Shown here in pieces: positions 53,464 to 64,000 of a stretch of 64,000 nt of DNA. The translations under genes and the position numbers were made by a program. The notes below the pieces were generated by a model. That model did not search any database. It was not told where the DNA came from and saw only the letters and a list, made by a program, of their open reading frames with translations. Source of the DNA: an uncultured cyanobacterium. Its GTDB lineage: Bacteria; Cyanobacteriota; Cyanobacteriia; Cyanobacteriales; CAWUOF01. The DNA lies in the NCBI GenBank assembly GCA_963744145.1, contig CAVUSO010000001.1:5824001-5888000 (forward strand), in the 5' to 3' direction. The number at the start of each line of letters is the position of its first letter. Position 1 is the first letter of the stretch.

Positions 53464-54258
53464 TTAGTCAAATTTCTTTAAGTTAGTAATCTGCAAAAAT
53501 AACAAAATTAAATAAAGTGGATTCAGCAAGACATAGCGTTTCCAGAGACGAAAGGGTTCTTTAGTTAAACGAAAAAACCATTCTAAACCTAAATTTTGCA
53601 TCCAGGGAGGAGCTTGAGCGACATTACCCGCGTGAAAATCAAACGCAGCACCCACACATACTAAAGCACAGTTTAAGCGATCGCGATGTTCAAACGCCCA
53701 TGCTTCTTGACGGGGACAACCCAATCCCACAAAGACGATTCCTGCTCCTGATTGACGAATTTGTTCCACATAATCATCATCTTCCGCTGGAGTTAAGGGA
53801 CGGAATGGGGGAGAAATTACTCCAGCAATTACTAAATTAGGAAATTTCTTTTGTAAGTTTATTTGCAAATTTTCTAACACCGAAGGTTTAGAACCATAAA
53901 GAAATATACTCACATTTTCTGCGGCTGCTTGTTCACAAATATGTAACATTAAGGTCGGACCATATACGCGATCGCGCAGAGGTTCTTCTTCCGGTTTTTT
54001 TAATAAGTTCATTCCCCAACGTACTGGTTGCCCATCAGGGGTAACAATGGTAAATTGTTTGATATAAGTACCATGTCCTTTTGGGTCAAGATAACCAGTC
54101 ATAATCCCATGAACTGGTGTTGCTGCTACTGTACAAGATTGAGAAATACGGGCGCATTTAATAATAAAGTCAGTACAGTCTTTATAGTTAGTTCGACTCA
54201 CACCAATTCCCAGAACATTGGTTTTATGGGGGGGTGTTAATGATAGGGGTAAGTTCAT
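53464..54258 (-). CDS. WecB/TagA/CpsF glycosyltransferase
   Basis: PDGQP, GLGCPRQE, VGAAFDF, GLEW. Confidence 0.92.
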   Translation of the reverse strand: MNLPLSLTPPHKTNVLGIGVSRTNYKDCTDFIIKCARISQSCTVAATPVHGIMTGYLDPKGHGTYIKQFTIVTPDGQPVRWGMNLLKKPEEEPLRDRVYGPTLMLHICEQAAAENVSIFLYGSKPSVLENLQINLQKKFPNLVIAGVISPPFRPLTPAEDDDYVEQIRQSGAGIVFVGLGCPRQEAWAFEHRDRLNCALVCVGAAFDFHAGNVAQAPPWMQNLGLEWFFRLTKEPFRLWKRYVLLNPLYLILLFLQITNLKKFD

Positions 54259-54330
54259 TTTTGTAATCTTTCTCAATCATCAAAAAATATTTCATCAACA
54301 GAAAAGATGCACCCTGACCAGACCCTAAAC

Positions 54331-55333
54331 TTAACCAAGCAATACTTTCATAGCTACTTTTTTTACAGATTGGAACGTTTTCGGAAAGCGAGTTTCTATG
54401 GATAAAATCGCCTGATTTTTCCAAGTATTTTGGTCTTTAGGACAGTGAACTGATAGGGAATTAATTGATTTTAGATTCAGGGGTTTAATCTTCTTTTGGA
54501 AAGTGAGATAGGGTTTTGATGCAGGAATAAAGTGAGAGGTAAATGAACAACGCGAGAAATTTGGCTGACGAGTTTCTAGACTACCATGAATTGTTTTTGC
54601 TGCCCAAAACAACACATCACCTTTCCGTAAAGCAGGAGCGCGACATTCTAGTCCATAATCTGCAATAACTTTCAAGACCAGCTCTTTATAGCGCTGATGA
54701 TTAAAAGCAATATCAAAATCCCCACCATTTTTCGCCATATCAATTTTATGACTACCGGGATAAATATAGAAACGACCAGCACCTGGTTGAATATCTTCCA
54801 CTGCAATCCAAGCAGTCGGTCATTCTCCCAATTTCGGCTGAATCTAAATAATAAGTATCTTGATGTGCCCAAGTAGCTGGATTACCTTCAAAATACATAC
54901 TTTGCACCAGCACACCATCTTCCCCCAGCAGATTATGCACAGCTTGGTTCATATTGCTATGAGTAATAATTGCCAAACCCGCATTTTTAAATTCAGGTAA
55001 GTTGCGATCGCTCAAATCTTGAATATTCAGGACAGGATTAATCACATATCCCTGGTCAGTGAAAGTATTTTTTTCTGGGTTAGCGGTGGTTTGTCGATAT
55101 ATATAACCTGGATAGGTTTTGACTTCTTGTTCAAATGCTTTTTTAGCGCGATCGCACAGTTCTCCAGGAATCAGATTACGGATCACGACATAACCTTCCT
55201 GATCGTAATAATTGCGAATATCAGCGGGATCTTTTAGGTGTAAATAGGGATCAGCACTATCATCAACCTGTACGGGAATATCGATTTCTTTCCCTTCTGG
55301 AGCAGAAATTGTGAAACTATTACTGGCAATCAT
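54331..55333 (-). CDS. phytanoyl-CoA dioxygenase (PhyH) family protein; frameshift at ~54816
   Basis: HQD motif; removing one base gives GRMTAAWIAVEDIQPGAGRFYIYPGSH; KGDVLFW..HGS. Confidence 0.88.
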
Positions 55334-55368
55334 CTTCCATGTCCTTTTTTTTATTTTAACTGAACTAA

Positions 55369-56607
55369 TTAATTTACCAAACTGGGTTTAGCATTTAGCA
55401 GTTCTGTGTATAGGTTAACCAAAAATTGTCCTTTCCTCTCCCATTCATATATATCTTTTACCCTTTTTTGTCCTCCCCGTCCTAATGTTGCCCGCAGTTG
55501 GGGGTCTTTAGCTAAACGAATCATTGCTTCAGCCATACCTTCTACAGCTTGTTCTGGATTTAACCCAGGTACTTTAATCCCAGTTTCTTCAGTAATCTGG
55601 GCAGCTGGTCCACCCAAATCTAAGCAGATCACTGGACGTCCTGCGGCCATTCCTTCTAAACAAGTACATCCACCTGAATCATGTAAACTAGGATGGACTA
55701 ACACATGACTTTCTGCTAGCCTCAGCAAAGTTTCTTGTCTTGGCAATTTTCCCCAAAATTTAACCTGAGAGGTAATCCCTAATTCTTCAGCAATAGATTT
55801 TAAGTTTTCCAGCTCTGCACCAGAACCAATGACCCAATATTCAGCATCGGTAAGTTTAGCATGACCAAAAGCACGGATCGCTAAATGAAACCCTTTCCAA
55901 TGAATCAATCTACCGATACTGACAAACCGGATCGGGGAATTAGTCGGAGTGCCACATTCTTCTAAACGGGTGATTTCAGCTTGAGATAAACCAGATTCGC
56001 AGAATATTTGGACGTTTTTTGCACCAATTTTTTGGACTCGCTGGGCTGTATCGGTGGTAGTAACATGAGCTAAGATACTGCGCTGGGCTGTGAGACGAGT
56101 GAAAGGATCAAGTTCTCCGATTCTTTGGGCTATATACCTGGCGGCTTCATACACTTTACCGCGAAAGGTAAAATCTCGCCAAAAAGTTAGTGGTGCCTGT
56201 TCTCCACCTCCGACCGGACCCCAGACGAAAGGAACAGGAAGTAAGGAGACAAAGCTAGGAGACCAATATTTGACGTATGTGACATGACGGATTAAATCAA
56301 AGCCTACTGATTGATGGAGCGATCGACCAATAAAATAAGCTTGAATTTGCCATAAAAAGTAGTGCAGTTGCACCCATCCTTGTCTTCCCCGCCAATCTTC
56401 AGTCCAGTTAAATGGATCGAAGTAGAAAAATTGTAAATTGGGAATGGGGTTTTTAGCTAATTCTGCTTCTACAGCAGTGCGAAAAATACTGCGAGTTAAT
56501 ACCCAGGTTTCATAATATTTAGATAGCTCGCGTACTGTATTCCAACCGATTCCTTCTTCCGAGCCACTACCGGGCTCACAAACGTAGCTAGACAGCAATA
56601 TCTTCAT
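55369..56607 (-). CDS. GT4 glycosyltransferase
   Basis: GRLIHWKG, HPSLHDSGG..LEGMAAG. Confidence 0.9.
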   Translation of the reverse strand: MKILLSSYVCEPGSGSEEGIGWNTVRELSKYYETWVLTRSIFRTAVEAELAKNPIPNLQFFYFDPFNWTEDWRGRQGWVQLHYFLWQIQAYFIGRSLHQSVGFDLIRHVTYVKYWSPSFVSLLPVPFVWGPVGGGEQAPLTFWRDFTFRGKVYEAARYIAQRIGELDPFTRLTAQRSILAHVTTTDTAQRVQKIGAKNVQIFCESGLSQAEITRLEECGTPTNSPIRFVSIGRLIHWKGFHLAIRAFGHAKLTDAEYWVIGSGAELENLKSIAEELGITSQVKFWGKLPRQETLLRLAESHVLVHPSLHDSGGCTCLEGMAAGRPVICLDLGGPAAQITEETGIKVPGLNPEQAVEGMAEAMIRLAKDPQLRATLGRGGQKRVKDIYEWERKGQFLVNLYTELLNAKPSLVN

Positions 56608-56642
56608 TATCTCTTGGCTCCCTTTTCTTGAGTAATTCTATC

Positions 56643-57593
56643 TTAATTTAATGGCACATCGACTTTTTTCATTTTGGAAGTTACTTGTCCCCAGACATAG
56701 ACAGGACGCAGTAATAAAGAGCCTACCAAATTTGGCACTAGCCAGTGATATTCGCGTTTGGAAAAATGGGAAACTGCGGCTTTATATAAAATATGACTCC
56801 TATCCTTGCGTTCTTGATTTAATTTTTCCCACCAGGGTCTTTGCGCTTGCATCTCTAAAAATTCTGACCAGGTTGGTTCTGGTTCTCCTTGACGACGTTT
56901 GAGCATACATATTTCAATCCAATTCATTTGTTCTGTCGCTTTTCTAGTTTTGGCGATCGACACTGAACTAGAATGGATGCGATATTTTACTAAATATTCT
57001 GGTTGGACTAAAACTGTATATCCTTGTTCTACAACTCGATTCCATAAATCGCAATCCTGGGCAACTAAAAACTGACCTCGATAACCTCCTACTGCTTGAA
57101 TGATGGATTTTCTCATAATTACTGCGGGATGATGAAAGTTGATCATTTGATTGGTACGGACATATTCATCTACCACCGCTTTAGTAGTGAATTTCGACTG
57201 ATATTGGGCAATAATTCTGCCATGTTCATCGATGTTATAAATAAAGCTACTAGCCACAGCAATATCTGGATGTTCTTGGATAAATGCTAATTGTCTTTCA
57301 ATCCGGTTGGGCATCATTAAATCATCTGCATCCATCCGACAAATCCATTCATTTTCGATCAGTTCAATCCCCCTGTTCAAGGTATTAGATACACCACTAT
57401 TAGCTTGAGAAATTACTTTAATTCGCTGATCTTTTTTGGCGTAGGATTTGGCGATCGCGAGGGTATTGTCCTTTGAACCATCATCAATGATTAGCAATTC
57501 AAAATTTTGGTATGTTTGGGCTAAAATACTGTCGATCGTTTCGGCTAGATAACGTTCAGCATTATAAGCTGGCATCAAAATAGATACTTGCAT
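56643..57593 (-). CDS. GT2 glycosyltransferase (close paralog of 52305-53237)
   Basis: ILMPAYN, DDGS, MDADD. Confidence 0.92.
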   Translation of the reverse strand: MQVSILMPAYNAERYLAETIDSILAQTYQNFELLIIDDGSKDNTLAIAKSYAKKDQRIKVISQANSGVSNTLNRGIELIENEWICRMDADDLMMPNRIERQLAFIQEHPDIAVASSFIYNIDEHGRIIAQYQSKFTTKAVVDEYVRTNQMINFHHPAVIMRKSIIQAVGGYRGQFLVAQDCDLWNRVVEQGYTVLVQPEYLVKYRIHSSSVSIAKTRKATEQMNWIEICMLKRRQGEPEPTWSEFLEMQAQRPWWEKLNQERKDRSHILYKAAVSHFSKREYHWLVPNLVGSLLLRPVYVWGQVTSKMKKVDVPLN

Positions 57594-57596
57594 AAA

Positions 57597-58799
57597 TTAT
57601 GCTCCTGATTTAAAAGTAAGATGATCATCCTGCACCAGAGTAACAGCGATATCACCAAAAAATTTTGCGACTGCTTGGGGGTTATGCTCTGCGACCAATT
57701 GCTGGGATTTCTCTCCCATGGGGGCGATCGCTTCTGGATGATCAATAAAATAAGCCATTTTTTGAGCTAATTCCTGGGCATTATAGGGATCAAAGATAAA
57801 TCCATTTTCCCCTTCTACCACTAATTCACAAGCTGCTGCCCATTTTGAGCAAAGCACTGGTTTACCAAAAACCATCGCTTCCGGTAAAACCATCCCCCAC
57901 ACATCTTCCAGAGTAGGAAAAACAAAAACATCAGCCTCTTGAAAATAATTCCCTAGTAATCCATAGTCAACAAAACCGATCCATTTGATATAATCTGATA
58001 AATTGCGCTCTTTGACAAATTCTTCTAATTCCTGACGTTGATCCCCTTTTCCTAAAACTAAGATTGTATAATTCTGATATCCCTGTTGACAAAGCAAATC
58101 GCAGGCTGCGAGTAACTCTTTTAATCCCTTGCGCGAAATAATTCTCCCAATAAATAAGAATACCGGACGTTTGAATTCGGTTTCACTGATTTGATGTTTT
58201 TCGAGATTTTTCAAAAGTGAGTTAGCATCTGGCACTAGGTATGGTCTTACCAGAATTTTACTTTCAGGTACACCTAGGATGTCTAAGATATATTTTTTTC
58301 CAGCTTGGCTATTGGCAATAAAAGCATCAGTAAACCTTCCCATGATCCGGCGAAAAAATGAGCGAAATTTTGAGTCGCGGAAATCTGTATTTGGTGAACT
58401 ACCATCATAAATAATTACTACTTTCCACCCCCCGATCGGTTTAACCATTAGCACTAGCAAAGTCCAGATAGAAAAAGCACTGGCAAAAATTAGACTTGGC
58501 TTAAACCTTAGTAAATAAGGAATAATGCTAGGAGAAGCATAAATAAAACCTTGACTATAACCAGTAGCAATTTTATTGGCTTCAATAAAACTTACTTTTC
58601 CGACCAATTGAATAGCTGATGCTCCTGGAGCATTGGGATTAAATCCAGGCCAAATTTTACCAGTATAAAAAATTGTATCAGGAAACAATTTAGTCAGTTC
58701 ATAGACAACGGGTAGCCAATAGGCTCCTAATTCTACCGAGGGAACTATGATGGCCAGCCGGATTTTTTCTGGAGAATTCATTTGCTCGTTACCTACCAA
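57597..58799 (-). CDS. GT4 glycosyltransferase
   Basis: GRIISRKG, FPTLEDVWGMVLPEAM. Confidence 0.9.
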   Translation of the reverse strand: MVGNEQMNSPEKIRLAIIVPSVELGAYWLPVVYELTKLFPDTIFYTGKIWPGFNPNAPGASAIQLVGKVSFIEANKIATGYSQGFIYASPSIIPYLLRFKPSLIFASAFSIWTLLVLMVKPIGGWKVVIIYDGSSPNTDFRDSKFRSFFRRIMGRFTDAFIANSQAGKKYILDILGVPESKILVRPYLVPDANSLLKNLEKHQISETEFKRPVFLFIGRIISRKGLKELLAACDLLCQQGYQNYTILVLGKGDQRQELEEFVKERNLSDYIKWIGFVDYGLLGNYFQEADVFVFPTLEDVWGMVLPEAMVFGKPVLCSKWAAACELVVEGENGFIFDPYNAQELAQKMAYFIDHPEAIAPMGEKSQQLVAEHNPQAVAKFFGDIAVTLVQDDHLTFKSGA

Positions 58800-58931
58800 G
58801 ATAGTAGCTGAAATTTTAGTATTTAGTCTAGCTCAATTCACGATGAAGATACATTAAGTATTCCGGTAGAATGATCTGAGATAGATGTTATGCTGGTGAC
58901 AGGTTATTCCCATTCTTGATCTGACCTAAGA

Positions 58932-59796
58932 TTAGCTTTTAAATTTGAGATTGACTAATACTAATCTAAGGTAAGGTAATAACCAATAAAATGGCCATAG
59001 CCAACCAGCATGACGACGGGCGAATACTTGCCATTGTAGAATTGGTAAACCTTTAGGTGAATTTACCTTTTTGAATCGTTCTTTCCAGGTTAAGTTGGGA
59101 TCTTCCCAGCTACTTACTAAACTAGGATTTGCTTCACAGGTTCCGATATAACCTGGCGCAATCCACAGGGAATAACCATGCTGTCTTGCTCTTAAACCGT
59201 AGTCAACATCACCAAAACTATGGATAAAAGTTGCATCGAGATTACCCACTACCTGAGCGATCGAGCCTGGAATTAAAACACAATTACCAGTGATCGTGTC
59301 GCATAGTTTAGGTTCGTTACTAGGTGGTTCATCCAGAAATTTTAGTGGGTGCCACCAAGTTTGGCGGATCATCCCTCCATAAGTAAATTTACCTGTTTGG
59401 GGATCACGAGTAGAGCCAACAATAATACCTGGTGGATGACCTAGTTGGGTTAAATTGGACAAGGTTGTTAATAAGAGATTAACTGCTTCTGGGTAAAGAA
59501 TTGTGTCATCATTTAGCCACAGATAATATTCGTAATCTTGAGGGAGTGCTTCTGAAAAAGCTCTTGCCCATACCTCTGTTCCAAAATAAGTTACCATCCC
59601 CGACCACAATCTTGACTTGTGGATAGTTCTCTCGAACTGCATCCGCAGTCCCATCCGTACTACCATCATCGACTAAATATACGTCAAGTTTTACCTCGGT
59701 GGTCAGGACTTGCTGGAACAGTGCTGCTAAACAAGCTAATGTTTTTGGTTTCCGGTTATGACAGGTGATAAGCACTGCGATCGCATTACGGTTCAT
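58932..59796 (-). CDS. GT2 glycosyltransferase; frameshift near 59565
   Basis: ITCHNR, DDGSTD and LFWNRGM in one frame; AFSEAL..LWLNDD in the next. Confidence 0.88.
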
Positions 59797-60251
59797 AAAT
59801 TTAAGTGAAGGTAAATTTTTGTAAACAAAATCAAGTTGAAATGAGTTAATGATCTAATCAATTAGGGCTTGATTTTTCCGGAAAACTTTCTCTGATTGAT
59901 CATTTAATGAGCAAAGATTGATGAAATTAGCAGTTTTTTAACCTCAACCAGCTCATCCCGTTTCGGGTTTTGCTGATTTTTTGATCCGAAGTGATCAATA
60001 TAACTTCTCAAACACCTCCTGAAAAGGTTATAGTGCATTGACAAAACTAGGTGATTTGATTATAATATAATTGGGATATCAGGTGTCAATACCTTTAAAG
60101 TTGGATCAGATCAAATATTAGGCGCAAATTTGAGTGAATAAGTAAGTAATTGGGGCGGCTAAAGAGGTTGAGCTGTGCAATTGTCCGAATTTGATGATTT
60201 GACAATATTTGATGGCAAAAATTTAATTACCTTCGCTTTAATTAGAAGAAA

Positions 60252-61185
60252 ATGGAACTCCGATTAACTGTGATTATTCCGGTTTTTAATAATATGCCTT
60301 TTCTCCAGGAGGCGATCGAATCAATTTTAACCCAGACTTACAGAGATTTTCAATTATTAGTGATAAATGATGGTTCTACTGACGATTCTCTAACCTATTT
60401 AAGAACTCTTACTGATCCCCGGATTAAAATTATCAATCAACCAAATTTAGGACTATGTAATTCTTTAAATAATGCAATTTACAACCAAGTAAAAACGGAA
60501 TGGGTAGCACGTTTAGATGCCGATGATATTGCTCTTCCTAATCGATTAGAAGAACAAGTTAATTTTATGATTAAAAATCCTAATTATAGTTGTGTCTTTA
60601 GCCAAATTTATCGGATCGGAGGAAGTGGTAGAGAATTTGGTTATTATCAAATTAACTCGACCGAGTTAATCACAGATTATCACCTAGAAAAATATGGCTC
60701 GATTATTCATAGCACAGGTTTTTTTCAAAGAGAAAAGTTTATCGAAGTTGGTGGATATCGGTCATTTCTATATCCAGTTGATGATTATGATTTATTATTA
60801 AGATTTTCGGAAAAATTCCCAGTAGCAGTTATTAATAAACCACTGGTTAAATATCGGATTCACGGGGAATCAGCTACTTTCAAAGTTTTTTGGAAAATGC
60901 AAACTTATAGTCGATATGTAGTAGAAATGTACCACCGACTGCCAAGCTCAAAAACCAGAAATTCCCCTAGATGAATGGTTAGTTTTAGAGAAAATATCAC
61001 CATTACAACAAGCAATCAGGTCTGGACAGGAACTGGGGCAATTATTTTTCCGAGAAGCAGGAAAGTTAATTGGTGAGAACCAACTAATTAAAGGTGTAAT
61101 TTATTTATTAGCAGCTTTAATTTTAAATCCTAGGTTTGCGAGTAAAAGGTTATTTTCTTTACGAAATCCGACGGTTAAGAGTTGA
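60252..61185 (+). CDS. GT2 glycosyltransferase; frameshift at ~60940
   Basis: IIPVFN, DGS, LDADD; removing T60940 gives HRRQAQKPEIPLDEW...LAALILNP, ending at TGA 61185. Confidence 0.85.
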
Positions 61186-62430
61186 GTTTGATAGCACCTC
61201 TTGGTATAATTTACTATAGCTACGCGCTTGCAGTTCCATCGTGAATTTTTGTTCAATTTTTACTCGGGCTTTTTGGGATAGAGAGACAAATCGGTCTGAA
61301 TCTGCTAAAATCCAGGCAATCCCACGCGCTAAATCTTCACTTTCAAAGGGTGTGGCTATATATCCATTTTCATGATGATCAATCATATCGGGAACACCAC
61401 CAATATTAAACCCGACACAGGGAGTACCAGTTCCCATTGCTTCCATCACGGTTAAAGGTCCGACTTCCTGAATTGAAGGTGCGACAAAAACATCAGCAGC
61501 AGCATAGACTAAAGATAAGGAAATATCATCTTTTAAATACCCTAAATAGTGAGTTTTAAAACCGAAATCAGGTGGTTTAGGTGGTGCAGAAGAACCAAAA
61601 ATCAATAATTCAATTTGTTCAGCCCAACCATTTTGACTCAGACTCAAAAATGCGGGTTGAAGATATTGAAATCCTTTCCGACGATCGCTAGTAGCACTCA
61701 TTGCACCAAAAACTACCAGCTTTTTATCTGGAGGTAAATTCAAAATTTCGCGAGCAACGGTCCGATTAATGGGTTTATATTGATGGAGATCAATCCCATT
61801 GGGGATCACCTCAACCCGTCGATTTTTCAACAAAGAACTCGCTTTGACACATTCAGCTAACCAAACACTCGGAGTGACAATAGTGAGATCAATATTTTGC
61901 CAAGCTTTAACTTTACGTTCCCAAATCCATCTTGATAAATCGGAGTCTTTAGCACTATGTAATTGGGGACAACTACCACAGGAATTAGTATAGCGATCGC
62001 ATTCTTGGCTATAATGACATCCACCAGTAAACCCCCACATATCATGGAGAGTCCATACTAAAGGTTGGTTTAACTTCCTCAGAGTTTCTAACTGGATATA
62101 ACCATCACAAAACCAGTGTAGGTTAATCAAATCTGGGGCAATTTTTTTGACTTGGGCACCTAGGTGATCCGGCACCCATTGGCTCGAAAAGATCAAGCGA
62201 TCGCGCTGAGGATATAATAAAGTAGGCACCTTATTTAAAGTGCTGCGTAATTTCCCAATTTCTGCTGTTAACTTGGGGTGAGCTACCATCACATTTGGGT
62301 CATTACTGCGCCGATCTTGGACTAACATTTGGGAAATTAATCCTATCCCCTGTAATCCTTGATGTAGTCGATAAGCTGCCCGAGCAGCACCTCCCTCGGT
62401 GTCGGTGGTATTAACGATTAAAATTTTCAT
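61159..62430 (-). CDS. GT4 glycosyltransferase (WcaC-like)
   Basis: GGAARAA, WTLHD, TGGCHY, EAMGTG. Confidence 0.9.
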   Translation of the reverse strand: MKILIVNTTDTEGGAARAAYRLHQGLQGIGLISQMLVQDRRSNDPNVMVAHPKLTAEIGKLRSTLNKVPTLLYPQRDRLIFSSQWVPDHLGAQVKKIAPDLINLHWFCDGYIQLETLRKLNQPLVWTLHDMWGFTGGCHYSQECDRYTNSCGSCPQLHSAKDSDLSRWIWERKVKAWQNIDLTIVTPSVWLAECVKASSLLKNRRVEVIPNGIDLHQYKPINRTVAREILNLPPDKKLVVFGAMSATSDRRKGFQYLQPAFLSLSQNGWAEQIELLIFGSSAPPKPPDFGFKTHYLGYLKDDISLSLVYAAADVFVAPSIQEVGPLTVMEAMGTGTPCVGFNIGGVPDMIDHHENGYIATPFESEDLARGIAWILADSDRFVSLSQKARVKIEQKFTMELQARSYSKLYQEVLSNSTLNRRIS

Positions 62431-62443
62431 AATTGAGCATAAT

Positions 62444-63361
62444 TTAAGATTTAATTAACTTACCAAGTAGCCGACCCGCTTTTTTTCTGGCTCTAGTTAG
62501 CAAATTCGGATGTTCTTTTTTAAAAGCAGATTCTTCATACATCCGATCGGCAATCATAAACGGGGGATGTTTGAGAGGAAAACTCATTGCTTCGATCGCG
62601 TTATTGGCCCGAAAACTTTCAGTATAGGTCGTATGGGTAGCTTCAGCGTGAAATCCTAAATTAGAAATTAAGTTAACATTAGAAATAACACTCATGCCAC
62701 TTTGAATCGAGCAAGCAAAAGACCATTGATAATCCCAGGTATCGATTTTACCTTCATAACTAGCTTGCCAAGTTTTTTCCCAAGATTGCATCATCTTCTC
62801 ATCTGGTAAGAAATCTTGGTGCCACTTCCCATCGCGAATCATCGGCCATAATTTCATATTGACATCATAATAGTATTGCCAGGCTCTGCGCCATGTAGCC
62901 CATCCCCAAATTAAAGGGGCACGAGAAAAGTAGTAACTATATTCTGTCCGTTTGGAGGTAGCGCGAGAGTTATCACCACAAATTGACATAATGCGTTGAT
63001 CATCTCGATATTGGGCAAGTAATTCTTCGCAGAATTGAAAAAAAGTTGGATGAGGTAGACAGTCATCTTCCAGAATAATTGCTTCTTCGACTTGCTCAAA
63101 CACCCAAGTAATACCACTGGAAACACACTTTTTGCAGCCTAAATTGACATCAGCATAGTGTTTGATCACTTCACAATCCCAATCGACCCGATCGATGATG
63201 GCTCGGGTAGCAGCACATTTTTCTGCTTCACCTGGTTTGTCAGCGCGGGGTCCATCTGCAACTACTAAGAGTTTTGGAGGTCGGGCTTGACGGATGGCTT
63301 CAAATACTTTTTCGGTCGTGTCTGGTCGCTTAAAAATGAGAAAAGCTACAGGAACTTTCAT
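62444..63361 (-). CDS. nucleotide-diphospho-sugar transferase (GT-A fold)
   Basis: FKRPD, ADGPR, ILEDDC, WGWATW, DTWDYQW. Confidence 0.88.
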   Translation of the reverse strand: MKVPVAFLIFKRPDTTEKVFEAIRQARPPKLLVVADGPRADKPGEAEKCAATRAIIDRVDWDCEVIKHYADVNLGCKKCVSSGITWVFEQVEEAIILEDDCLPHPTFFQFCEELLAQYRDDQRIMSICGDNSRATSKRTEYSYYFSRAPLIWGWATWRRAWQYYYDVNMKLWPMIRDGKWHQDFLPDEKMMQSWEKTWQASYEGKIDTWDYQWSFACSIQSGMSVISNVNLISNLGFHAEATHTTYTESFRANNAIEAMSFPLKHPPFMIADRMYEESAFKKEHPNLLTRARKKAGRLLGKLIKS

Positions 63362-63435
63362 GGTTTTTGCTGGTTAATTAATGAGTCTGGGTGAGAGAAA
63401 TTGGACAATTAACAATCGGGTGAGCGATCGGCGAC

Positions 63436-64000
63436 TTAAGAGAGATTTTTTTGGTTGTTTAAGTTGGGCATTTTTCCAATTCCAATCATCCAACTAAATT
63501 CGGCATACCTAACAATTGTTTCTGTCGCAATATTGGCTAATTCGCTAATACTGGTACTTGCAGGAATCCGTTGATAACGATAAGCAGATAGTCGGGGATC
63601 GGGTTCTTGGAAACAAATATCCTGGGCATTATTACCCCAGCGCTCTTTGGGCATTAAACTAATGGTTAATCCTGCGTGTCCTGAAGGTTGGAGCATATTT
63701 GACCCGTGCATCCCAATCACTAAACGACTATCAGCATAAACTTGACAAAGTCGTCGATCTTCTTCATCAGTCATCATTTTAGTTCTCGCATCTTCGATCC
63801 AATCAGGAAATTTAGTTCGTTTTCCTAAACCAGCAACTGTATAGGTTCCTGTCCCTAACTGCGATCGCACTTGCGCTAAAAACTGTTGGATTTTCCAATT
63901 TTGCACCCATAAGCCCAGATCGACCAGATGCAGTTTTTTTAGGACTCGGAATAGAAAATTTCCTCCCCACCATAACCGATCCTCACGCCAAATAAAAGTT
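63436..64000 (-). CDS. hypothetical protein of the polysaccharide cluster; runs off the right edge
   Basis: Frame is open to the window end (TFIWREDRLWW...); GMHGSNM motif. Confidence 0.7.
   Translation of the reverse strand, partial: TFIWREDRLWWGGNFLFRVLKKLHLVDLGLWVQNWKIQQFLAQVRSQLGTGTYTVAGLGKRTKFPDWIEDARTKMMTDEEDRRLCQVYADSRLVIGMHGSNMLQPSGHAGLTISLMPKERWGNNAQDICFQEPDPRLSAYRYQRIPASTSISELANIATETIVRYAEFSWMIGIGKMPNLNNQKNLS

Noticed and set aside
63907..64000. Suspected frameshift upstream of ORF 63436-63906
   Set aside because: Manual translation shows the frame is open to the window edge

Overview
This is a 64 kb chromosomal window of a filamentous cyanobacterium: the HIP1 octamer GCGATCGC is frequent, and fraC/fraD/fraE, psaX and ftsH3 are present. 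Three accessory inserts sit in an ordinary backbone. (1) About 1.85 kb (a small putative HTH gene plus cyanase cynS) separates fraC from fraD-fraE. (2) A ~22 kb defence/toxin island (~13.9-36.4 kb) is built from two homologous tandem units: aspartyl-protease copy, SNF2 helicase copy, divergent variable cargo, and a copy of ORF 35050. The unit-1 cargo is a TerB-fused pair of dynamin-like GTPases (Eleos/Leo-like). The unit-2 cargo is a giant sacsin-like protein with two GHKL modules, split by an IS. The island also holds a chimeric polymorphic-toxin tip with a probable immunity gene, several broken toxin-antitoxin modules, and an orphan IscB-type omega/HEARO RNA with no IscB gene. (3) A ~4.8 kb glycoside-hydrolase insert (GH29 fucosidase plus a Tat-exported beta-helix protein) is bounded by a duplicated gene end. 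The right end is a glycosyltransferase cluster. Five single-base frameshifts and one in-frame TGA in conserved genes may be assembly errors. All family assignments come from motif recognition by eye; no database searches were run.
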